Positions 1-7,144 of a stretch of DNA of 21,461 nucleotides are shown here, one piece after another. The notes below the pieces were generated by a model that saw nothing but the letters and a program-made list of their open reading frames with translations, was not told the origin of the DNA and made no database searches. The position numbers were made by a program, and so were the translations under genes. The DNA is from Archangium sp. (GTDB taxonomy: Bacteria > Myxococcota > Myxococcia > Myxococcales > Myxococcaceae). Within the stretch, counting starts at the first letter, position 1. Each line of letters begins with the position of its first letter. Location: positions 1 through 21,461 of the forward strand of contig JANLPS010000273.1 of NCBI GenBank assembly GCA_031367385.1, read 5' to 3'.

Positions 1-26
1 GGCTGTCCCCCCGTTGATGCTGAGCC

Positions 27-101
27 GGGAAAAGGGGACTGCATACTTTTCCGCGCGACGGTCGAGGCACTCAGCGGAAAAGTAGCCTGTCCCCTTTTCC
101 C
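27..101. repeat. REP/REPIN-like inverted repeat (28-bp arms, 19-nt spacer)
   Basis: Left arm GGGAAAAGGGGACTGCATACTTTTCCGC (27-54) matches the reverse complement of the right arm GCGGAAAAGTAGCCTGTCCCCTTTTCCC (74-101) at 25/28 positions. A partial further copy (GGCTGTCCCC) lies at 1-10. Confidence 0.75.
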
Positions 102-109
102 TCTTTTCC

Positions 110-202
110 CTGGCCGTGGCCGAATTGCGGCCAATTTGAACGCACTATTCTCTCCGGGCCCGCAAATGAGACCTGGCTGAGCCACTATTCGGCCACGGCC
201 AG
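110..202. repeat. Second inverted repeat (16-bp perfect arms, 61-nt spacer)
   Basis: CTGGCCGTGGCCGAAT (110-125) is the exact reverse complement of ATTCGGCCACGGCCAG (187-202). It extends to 20/22 over 110-131/181-202. Confidence 0.7.
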
Positions 203-287
203 CAATAGAGCGCCCAATTTCACCCCCTCTGCGCCAGTTGGCCGAAAAAATGCCATTCGAGGTCAATGAAAGGCTACCTTTCAGGCC

Positions 288-677
288 ATGCCGACCCAAA
301 ACCGATGGCCATTAGACGCGCTGAGGCGAGAAACCGGCCTCAGTCGAGTTGAAATGCGTTCATTCGTGCGCGACGGGCTGCTGCCGCACCCCGGTTTCGG
401 GCCGGGGTCGGGCTATGACCTGACGAATCGCCTGCGGCTCTTGTCGATCGTGAAACTCCGAGAGCAAGGCTTCTCAGGACCGGCGCTCAAATCAAAGCTC
501 GCCGCCGATGACGAGGCGCAGAATCAGCCCAGCATTGAGATCACCGCCCCGAGCTCAGTCTCAACGTGGCTTCACCTCGAGCTCATGCCAGGCGTACAGC
601 TCAACATCGACCTGAGCCGCGCAGATGGTGCGAAGACCGCTGCCATGCTCAAGACGCTGGGGCTCAAGACCACGTGA
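288..677 (+). CDS. MerR-family helix-turn-helix protein
   Basis: N-terminal winged HTH pattern (LDALRRETGLSRVEMRSFVRDGLLPHP...Y...RLLSIVKLREQGFS) and a short C-terminal W-x-x-x-E-L-x-P-G-V-x-L segment typical of small MerR-like proteins. Confidence 0.75.
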   Translation: MPTQNRWPLDALRRETGLSRVEMRSFVRDGLLPHPGFGPGSGYDLTNRLRLLSIVKLREQGFSGPALKSKLAADDEAQNQPSIEITAPSSVSTWLHLELMPGVQLNIDLSRADGAKTAAMLKTLGLKTT

Positions 678-854
678 CCCCGATGCCGAATACCTGCCAG
701 AGGTCGACCTCGACGCCCGGCTCGCCTTGATGCAGCCGGCGTACAAGGTCGAGGTGGCTCCATTCTTCCTCGCAGGAGAGTGCGTGGCGACTTGAAATTC
801 AACCGCCTCGCGCTCGAGCGGCTGGCGCAGTCTGGGTGGCGGCTGCCGTCGGCC
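673..854 (+). pseudogene. Possible frameshifted fragment of an FGE-sulfatase (SUMF1-like) domain gene
   Basis: Frame 1 gives MQPAYKVEVAPFFLAGECV (stop 793-795). Frame 3 continues DLKFNRLALERLAQSGWRLPS. These resemble the P-x-H-x-V-x-V-x-P-F-x-L and G-x-R-L-P-T/S motifs, in the right order. Confidence 0.35.
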
Positions 855-969
855 ATGGGGCACCGAAGCCACCGTCGAGCTCGATGGCGTACGCAGAAGG
901 TTCGACTCGAGGCGTTCTCGCGCGCTCGTGCGAGCCGCGTTTAGTCTCTTCGGCTACGCAAGCCGAGAC

Positions 970-1590
970 CTACCGCGCTTCGGCTTCCTGCAACCGCTCC
1001 CACAGCTGGGGCACCAGGTCTTCAGCCGGCCGCAGCTCGAGAGCCCGCCGAAAGCTGGCCTCCGCGAGGCGTGGTTTGTTCATCGCATCGAGCTGCAGCG
1101 AGCCCAACATGAACAAGGCCTCGGCCGCGCGAGGGTCATCGGCGTGGTGCTCTCCAATTTCACCCAGCACAGCGACCACCTGGTCAGTTCGACCTTCTCG
1201 AGCCGCATCTTCGACGCCCAGCAGCAGCGTGCCCACCACGTCGATCGCGCCCGGCGACACCGGAGCGCCCCCAGCCGGTCGCGAAGCGGGCACCGTTGGC
1301 CGACGCGCGTGCATCAACGGAGTCGACGGCCCCAGAAACGGCTGACACACCACTGGCGCCACCGGAGCGACGCCAACCGCCACCAACAAAGCCGGCGCAG
1401 GTGTGCTGCGGGGGTACACCATCACCACGAAGGCCACCAACGCGGCTGCCCCGGCGAACACCAGCCACGGCCGGGCCAACGGGGCGGGCACCCGGCGCTT
1501 GATCTGCACCTTCGCCCACACCCGCATCACGCTCGCGTCGACGGGCGGCTCGGCGAGCAGCGTCTTCACCGGGCGCGGGAGCGGATTCAC
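970..1590 (-). CDS. Membrane-anchored putative anti-sigma factor with C-terminal TPR-like domain
   Basis: GTGA 4-bp overlap with the ECF sigma gene. About 40-aa N-terminal segment, TM helix WLVFAGAAALVAFVVMVY, Pro-rich linker, TPR-like helices (DPRAAEALFMLGSLQLDAMNKPRLAEASFRRALELRP). Confidence 0.75.
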   Translation of the reverse strand: MNPLPRPVKTLLAEPPVDASVMRVWAKVQIKRRVPAPLARPWLVFAGAAALVAFVVMVYPRSTPAPALLVAVGVAPVAPVVCQPFLGPSTPLMHARRPTVPASRPAGGAPVSPGAIDVVGTLLLGVEDAAREGRTDQVVAVLGEIGEHHADDPRAAEALFMLGSLQLDAMNKPRLAEASFRRALELRPAEDLVPQLWERLQEAEAR

Positions 1591-2180
1591 GGCGTCTCCA
1601 TGGCGACGTGCGCCGAGATGCGTTGCTCGGCCGCCTGCAGGTAGCGCTTGGTCGTCGCCAGGCTCTTGCCCATCACCGCCGCCACGTCGTCGAGCTTTTC
1701 ACCCTCCACGTACCGCAGCGTCCACGCCAGGCGGTGTGCGACGGGCAGCTGCTGGAGCATCGCATCGAGCACCGCGAGCTCTCCGCGCGCCTCGACGCTC
1801 GCGCTGCCCATCGCCTGGTGATGCAGCGGCGCATCGGCCACCGCTTCGAGCCCCACCCACTGCAGCAGCCGCTCTCGGCGGAGGCGCTTGCGGGCCTGGC
1901 TCACCACGATGCTCAGCAACCAGGCCCTGAATTGCCCCGGGGTCTTCAGCTGCGCCAAGCGAGCGAAACCAATCACGAAAGAATCTTGTACGACATCTTC
2001 AGCGGCGCTGTGACTGCGCATCAACCGCAGGGCAGTGACCAGCACGCCGCCGGCAAAGCGTCGGTACAGCAGGCTTTCGGCCCCGCGGTCACCCCGCAAC
2101 GCGCGGTTCACCAACGCCTCGGTTGGCAAGCCTTCGGGCAACCTGGTCACCGACGCCGCTGAACCCATCGAAACTCGCAC
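1587..2180 (-). CDS. ECF-type RNA polymerase sigma-70 factor
   Basis: Region 2 (AEDVVQDSF...FRAWLLSIVVSQAR) and region 4 (LP..HRLAWTLRYVEGEKLDDVAAVMGKSLATTKRYL). Alternative ATG start at 2168. Confidence 0.93.
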   Translation of the reverse strand: MRVSMGSAASVTRLPEGLPTEALVNRALRGDRGAESLLYRRFAGGVLVTALRLMRSHSAAEDVVQDSFVIGFARLAQLKTPGQFRAWLLSIVVSQARKRLRRERLLQWVGLEAVADAPLHHQAMGSASVEARGELAVLDAMLQQLPVAHRLAWTLRYVEGEKLDDVAAVMGKSLATTKRYLQAAEQRISAHVAMETP

Positions 2181-2189
2181 CGTTCACCT

Positions 2190-2217
2190 GACCCCTGACG
2201 TACCGAATTCGGCTCAC
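2190..2217 (-). promoter_or_regulatory. Putative ECF promoter of the sigma/anti-sigma operon (autoregulatory)
   Basis: Minus strand reads GTGAGCCG (2217-2210), 15 nt, GGGTC (2194-2190), just upstream of the ECF start. Confidence 0.6.
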
Positions 2218-2226
2218 AGTTGGAAG

Positions 2227-2255
2227 GTGAGCCGTTGGTACTTACTCCACGGGTC
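2227..2255 (+). promoter_or_regulatory. Putative ECF promoter of the cytochrome gene
   Basis: Plus strand reads GTGAGCCG (2227-2234), 16 nt, GGGTC (2251-2255). Same two boxes as the opposite-strand copy. Confidence 0.6.
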
Positions 2256-2297
2256 TGTTAACCCAGCGCAACACCGCGCGAATTGAGGGCCGCCACC

Positions 2298-4208
2298 ATG
2301 TTGAGTGCTCGTGTGTACGCAAGCTGCGCCGTGGTGCTCCTCGCGTTGCCTGGCTGTGGCCCCCACGCCACGCCCTCTGATGAAGGCCCGGTGGGCGGTG
2401 GCGCCTTCCCCGAAGACCGAACGCCGTCGAAGCGCGAGACGCCGATCACCGGAGGCACGCTCTCGATCGTCTCTGACGGTCGCATCGCCATCGCGGCCGA
2501 CCCCGACCGCGACCTCGTCAATGTCCTGCGCCTCGCCGATGGCAGCTCCATCGCCACCGTCACGCTCCCCTCGGGCAGCCACCCCACCCGCTCGGTCGAA
2601 AACGGCGCCGGCAACGTCGACATTCTGCTCCGTGGCACCGGTCAGATCGCCACCATCAACCCCACCACCGGTGCGCTGCTCAACATCGACGGCGTCTGCC
2701 CCGAGCCCCGAGGCCTCGCGTGGGACCCGAACAAGAAGGCCACCCTGGTCGCCTGCGCCGGGGGCGAGCTCGTCACCCGCCCGCTGGCTGGCTCGAGCAC
2801 CACGGTTCGCCCCGGCGGAGAGCTGCGCGATGTGGTGAGCGACGGCCTCGGCGTCAAGCTGAGCACCTTTCGAACCCCCACCCTCACCACCATTGCTTCT
2901 GACGGCACCGCGCTGGGCACCACGTCGCCTCCGCGCGTCGAGCTCGGCAAGTCGAACGGCACCCCGGTCGCCTTCGAGCCCAACACCGCGTGGAAGACGC
3001 TCTCGACCCCGGGCGGAGACACCGTGATGGTGCACCAGTGGGCTGTGAACACCGACGTCCGCGAGATCGGCAACCTGGCCGGCCCCGCGTTCGTCGCCGA
3101 GACCACCACCACGCTCGAGCCGATCATCGCTCCCGGCACGCCGTACTACGGCGCGTACATCTCGGGGTACAACACGGTCACCCACACCATCGAGCGCGAG
3201 GTTTGCTCGACCGGCGTGGTTCGCTCGGCCATCACGGTCTTCAATCACGAAGGCACGGTCGTCGGCTCGAAGGAGCTGCTCGGCATCTTGCCGGTCGACG
3301 CTGCCATCTCTCCGAATGGCGCCGAGGTGGCGGTCGCGATGGCGGGCAACCACTTGGTCACCCGCGTTCAGCTCTCCCAGATCACCACGGTGGCCGGGTC
3401 GGCGTGCGGCCTCGTTCAGCCGCCCGTGCCTGACCCGACGCAGCCGGGCGCAGACCCCATCGGCCAGGTGATCGGCGTCGCCTATTCGCCCGCCGGCACG
3501 CTGGTCGCCCAGTCTCGCGAGCCGAATCAGCTCGTCGTGTTCGCGGCTGACAACACGGTCGTCAGGCGCATTGGCCTCGCGGGCCTGTTCAAGGTCACTC
3601 CCGGCCACTCGCTCTTTCACACCGCCGCCGCAGCCGTGGCCTGCGCGTCGTGCCACCCTGAAGGGGGCGAAGACGGCAAAGTGTGGAATTTCTTTGGCGA
3701 ATTGCACCGCACCCAAACCCTGGGTGGGGGCATCGCGAGCACCGCTCCGTACCACTGGCGAGGCACGCTCGACTCGATGGGCCCGCTGTTGGCCGACACC
3801 TTCGTCAGCCGCATGGGAGGCACCATGCCCTCAGCGCTCGTTCGCGATGATCTCACCGCGTTTCTCGACGCCCAGCCCGCGCGAAAAGCCCCGGCGCTCG
3901 CCCTCGCTGACCCGGCCCGGGTGGCCAAGGGCAAGGCCGTGTTCGCGGCGGCCGCGTGCACTTCGTGTCACGCCGGAGACCACCTGACCGACAACCTCAC
4001 CGTCGACGTCGGCACCGGGGGCTCGTTTCAAGTGCCTTCGTTGATTGGGGTGGCGGCTCGCGCGCCCTACATGCATTCGGGCTGCGCCCCGACCCTGCGC
4101 TCGCGCTTCACCGACTCGGCCTGCGGTGGAGGCGCCACCCACGGCTCCGCCAGCACCCTCGCCCCCGAAGACCTCGACTCGCTGATCGAGTACCTGCAGA
4201 CGCTGTAA
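2298..4208 (+). CDS. Lipoprotein: probable YncE-like beta-propeller fused to a diheme cytochrome c (bCcP/MauG superfamily) domain
   Basis: ATG 2298 with GAGGG at 2285-2289. Signal peptide ends LALPGC. Beta-rich repeats. Heme motifs CASCH (3642-3656) and CTSCH (3957-3971). RTQTL..G...TAPYHWRG and FQVPSLIGVAARAPYMHSG match peroxidase-family motifs. Confidence 0.88.
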   Translation: MLSARVYASCAVVLLALPGCGPHATPSDEGPVGGGAFPEDRTPSKRETPITGGTLSIVSDGRIAIAADPDRDLVNVLRLADGSSIATVTLPSGSHPTRSVENGAGNVDILLRGTGQIATINPTTGALLNIDGVCPEPRGLAWDPNKKATLVACAGGELVTRPLAGSSTTVRPGGELRDVVSDGLGVKLSTFRTPTLTTIASDGTALGTTSPPRVELGKSNGTPVAFEPNTAWKTLSTPGGDTVMVHQWAVNTDVREIGNLAGPAFVAETTTTLEPIIAPGTPYYGAYISGYNTVTHTIEREVCSTGVVRSAITVFNHEGTVVGSKELLGILPVDAAISPNGAEVAVAMAGNHLVTRVQLSQITTVAGSACGLVQPPVPDPTQPGADPIGQVIGVAYSPAGTLVAQSREPNQLVVFAADNTVVRRIGLAGLFKVTPGHSLFHTAAAAVACASCHPEGGEDGKVWNFFGELHRTQTLGGGIASTAPYHWRGTLDSMGPLLADTFVSRMGGTMPSALVRDDLTAFLDAQPARKAPALALADPARVAKGKAVFAAAACTSCHAGDHLTDNLTVDVGTGGSFQVPSLIGVAARAPYMHSGCAPTLRSRFTDSACGGGATHGSASTLAPEDLDSLIEYLQTL

Positions 4209-4289
4209 GCACCCTTTGGGTATTGAATCTCCCCACACAGCGGGTCTATGTGGTCGCCGCCGTCAGTGTGCCCCAAGGAGCCTTCAATC

Positions 4290-5300
4290 GTGCTTATCGG
4301 TCTCGTCGTCGTACTCGGTGTTTTGCTCGCAGCGAGCCTCGCGTTCAACTTGGGCCTGGTCGGCCCCAAGGCCGCGGTCTCTGCTTCGTCGAATGTCTCT
4401 TCAACTTCGTCATCGGCGCAGGTTCGCCGTGACGACGACGCGGCCACCCGCGCTTCGAAGCTCGAGAATGAGCTCGAGAAGAAGCGGCGTGAGCTCGATG
4501 AGGTGAAGAAGGCCCAGGGTGAGCTCAAGACCGAGCTCAAAGACACCAAGAAGAAGCTGCATGACCAGCGCGAGTTCGCCAAGACCGGCGATGACCTCAC
4601 CAAGGCGCGCATCGAAGTCGAGCGCCAGGCGTCGATTCAGCTCGAGACCACCCGTTCAGAGCTGGCCAATGCGTTGTCTGAGATGCAGCGCCTGCGTGGT
4701 GAGCTCGAGGGCAAGGGCCGCAAGAACGCGCCCCGCCCCCTCGCCGTCGAAGCCGCCGCCGCGCCTGCCGCCGATGCGCAGCCGGTGAAGACCGAAGAGC
4801 GCCCCCAGGTCGTCGTGCAGCGCGTGATTCGCGAGCTCTCTGACACCGAAAAAGAGAAGATGCTTCGCCTCGAGCAGCAGTCATCGGCCGACAAGAAGAA
4901 GGCCATTGAGCTCGCCGCCGAGCTGCGCAACGTGAAGGGCAAGATCGACCGCGAGAAGCGCGAAGCCAAGCGCATCTACGAAGAGGGCCGGTTGGCGCGA
5001 GACAAGTTCCGCGCGGTCGAGATTCGGTTGAACCGCACCTTGCTCGAGAACTCGTTGCTCAAGGGCGCGATCGTTGGCCTCGAGCAGAAGACGGGCCTCG
5101 TCGCTGAGCACCCGACTCCGACCGGCGAAGAGTTAGCCCAGGCTGAAGCCACGATGAAGGCGAAGCACGCCGCTGAAGACAAGGCGTCTGAAGAGGCGCA
5201 GGCCAAGCTCGAAGCGGCCGAGGCCACGGTCGGCGAGATCCCCGCGCCCGTGCCGTCAGCGCCGGTCGCCGCGATCCCCGCTCCGACGCCGAGCGCGTAA
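4290..5300 (+). CDS. Membrane-anchored coiled-coil protein (TolA-like hypothetical)
   Basis: AAGGAG at 4275-4280 favours GTG 4290 over ATG 4248. N-terminal TM helix, long K/E/R-rich heptads, Ala/Pro-rich linker and tail. Confidence 0.8.
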   Translation: MLIGLVVVLGVLLAASLAFNLGLVGPKAAVSASSNVSSTSSSAQVRRDDDAATRASKLENELEKKRRELDEVKKAQGELKTELKDTKKKLHDQREFAKTGDDLTKARIEVERQASIQLETTRSELANALSEMQRLRGELEGKGRKNAPRPLAVEAAAAPAADAQPVKTEERPQVVVQRVIRELSDTEKEKMLRLEQQSSADKKKAIELAAELRNVKGKIDREKREAKRIYEEGRLARDKFRAVEIRLNRTLLENSLLKGAIVGLEQKTGLVAEHPTPTGEELAQAEATMKAKHAAEDKASEEAQAKLEAAEATVGEIPAPVPSAPVAAIPAPTPSA

Positions 5301-5304
5301 CGTT

Positions 5305-5928
5305 TTACCCTCGGGTGGCGCGCACGTACGCCGTGTGCGCCGCCGTGGTCTTCGCGATGTCTTCTGGCAGCGTCAGCTTCGTCGAGACGCCTTCTGCGAG
5401 CTCGATGCCGATGGCCGCGTAGAGGTGCTGAACGAAGGCCGAGCAGAACATCGCCCGGTCTCGCTCCAGCCGATGCGGCTCGCTTCGGCGGGCGGGCTTG
5501 CGAAGGCTCCAGTACACCGCCAACAGCTCGCGCAGGGAGTACTGCGTGCGGTTCGCCATCAGCTCCAGGCCGAGGGCGAGCACGGTCTTGACCTTCGCGG
5601 CGCTCAGCTTGAAATCGAGCACGGCGACGTGCGGGTACTTCTTTTCATCGTCGTACTTGGCGACCCGATTTTCTTGAACACCGAGTTGCACGCGCTCGCG
5701 GTGAAAATCGAGATCTGACTCGAGCGCCCAGAAGTGGCCGTCTTCGCGCGGGCCGACCATCACGAAAGCGTGGCTGAAGCGCGACCATTCTCGCTCGGGG
5801 TTGAGCTTGCGCTGGGCCCTCCGTATCAACCGGTCGATGGGCAGACCACCGCCCACCAACCCGATGCAGCCGGGCCCTCCGTACTTCTTGAAGAACGCGA
5901 CGTTGCTCGCCGCTGCGACCTCGATCAC
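5305..5928 (-). CDS. Permuted papain-like NlpC/P60 hydrolase (YiiX/YaeF-like)
   Basis: Catalytic His motif (FSHAFVM) precedes the Cys motif (MFCSAFVQHLY), followed by T-L-P-E-D-I, the permuted order. GTGA overlap with the methyltransferase stop. Confidence 0.8.
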   Translation of the reverse strand: MIEVAAASNVAFFKKYGGPGCIGLVGGGLPIDRLIRRAQRKLNPEREWSRFSHAFVMVGPREDGHFWALESDLDFHRERVQLGVQENRVAKYDDEKKYPHVAVLDFKLSAAKVKTVLALGLELMANRTQYSLRELLAVYWSLRKPARRSEPHRLERDRAMFCSAFVQHLYAAIGIELAEGVSTKLTLPEDIAKTTAAHTAYVRATRG

Positions 5929-6797
5929 GTGAGGTCGTTGAGCCGCTTCTTGGTCAGGTCGAGGTACTCGGGGTTCATGTCGATGCCGACGAAGCGGCGG
6001 CCTTTGCCGACCGCGGCGACGCCCGTCGTGCCTGAGCCGCAGAACGGGTCGAGCACCACCGCGTCTTCGTCGGTGCAGGCCTCGACCACGCGCTCGAGAA
6101 GGGCGACCGGCTTCTGCGTCGGGTGGCGACCGTGCGCCTTTTCGGACTTCTTGGGCGTCGTCATCGACCAGATGCGGCCCTGGCCATCGGCGTTGAGCTC
6201 TTCATCACCGGTCTTCGGCAGCGCCCAGACATCGCGCATCTGCTTGCCGCCGTTCTCCTGCTTCATCGCCTTGTAATTGAAGGTGTGCTGGAGCTTGCCC
6301 TTCTGCCCCGGCGACGCCCAGATCAAGAACTCGGTCGAGTGCGTGAAGTAACGGCACGACAGGTTCGGCGACGCGTTGGGCTTGTACCAGCTCACCGTGT
6401 TCAAGAGTTTCATACCCAGGCGCTGCATCGCGAACCCGACCGAGAAGATCACATGCTGCGTACCCGACACCCACATCGTGCCAGTGGGCTTGAGCACGCG
6501 CTGACAGGCTTTGAGCCACGCGGTGGTGAACTCGTGATCGGCCTCGACGCCTTGCGACGCGTCCCAGTCGCCCTTTTTCACGGCCACCCGCTTGCCGCCA
6601 GAGCAGGTCGAGCCGCCGTTCGACAAGAAGTAGGGAGGGTCAGCGAAGATCAAATCGAAGGTCTGCTCTTCGAACGACTCGAGCAACGCCAGAGAGTCGC
6701 CGCGGTACAGCACGTAGTCTTTCGAGCGAGCGTGAACGTGGTGTGACAGCTGTGCCGTCGCGCGCATTGGCGCAGTTGAAAGTGAAGCCAGCGACAT
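5925..6797 (-). CDS. Beta-class DNA adenine methyltransferase (DpnA/M2.DpnII-like), orphan
   Basis: Motif IV DPPY precedes motif I LDPFCGSGTT; HPTQKP present. DPPYFLSNGG..KGDWD and PNLSCRYFTHSTE resemble DpnA. GGAGG at 6806-6802 supports ATG 6797. Confidence 0.93.
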   Translation of the reverse strand: MSLASLSTAPMRATAQLSHHVHARSKDYVLYRGDSLALLESFEEQTFDLIFADPPYFLSNGGSTCSGGKRVAVKKGDWDASQGVEADHEFTTAWLKACQRVLKPTGTMWVSGTQHVIFSVGFAMQRLGMKLLNTVSWYKPNASPNLSCRYFTHSTEFLIWASPGQKGKLQHTFNYKAMKQENGGKQMRDVWALPKTGDEELNADGQGRIWSMTTPKKSEKAHGRHPTQKPVALLERVVEACTDEDAVVLDPFCGSGTTGVAAVGKGRRFVGIDMNPEYLDLTKKRLNDLT

Positions 6798-6874
6798 CTC
6801 GCCTCCGATTGAAGAGTGAAGTGGCCATGGGGCTACAGGCCTGAACATCACGCTACGTGAGCGATCAGATCGCG

Positions 6875-7087
6875 CTAGTTTTTGGCGGCCGTTTTCTTTC
6901 GCGCGATGAAGAAATCACTCGTCACCACCTCGGCGACGACTGAATTCTCGTCGGCGGGCTCGGTGCTCTGAAGGCCCAGCGCCTCTTGCAGCTCTTCGCG
7001 CGTCTTGAGCGCGGCCGCCGCGGGCCCGAGTCGTTCTCGCGCCAGTGTCAACAGCTCGCGATAGGTCAATGCTTTTGAGCTGGGCAC
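6875..7087 (-). CDS. Small (~70 aa) protein with Rho N-terminal-like helix-extension-helix module
   Basis: LTYRELLTLARERLGPAAAALKTREELQEALG fits the L-T-x-x-E-L-x-x-L-A...L-K-x-x-E-L-x-x-A-L pattern. GTG 7087 avoids overlap with the divergent GT gene. Start uncertain. Confidence 0.6.
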   Translation of the reverse strand: MPSSKALTYRELLTLARERLGPAAAALKTREELQEALGLQSTEPADENSVVAEVVTSDFFIARKKTAAKN

Positions 7088-7144
7088 AAGAACGACTTCG
7101 CATTGACCGTGGGCACGGTCAACGTGCCATGCTTCTCGGCTCCA

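Noticed and set aside
1..260. CRISPR array or integron attC sites
   Set aside because: The repeats are inverted rather than regularly spaced direct repeats, no cas or integrase gene is in view, and I found no convincing RYYYAAC/GTTRRRY ends.
2214..3755. 513-aa minus-strand ORF opposite the cytochrome gene (likewise 7547-8977 opposite the GT)
   Set aside because: Shadow ORFs arising from stop-codon scarcity at high GC. The plus-strand genes carry the recognisable motifs.
5925..6851. Complete restriction-modification system
   Set aside because: No endonuclease-like ORF on either side, and GATC sites are plentiful in the window.
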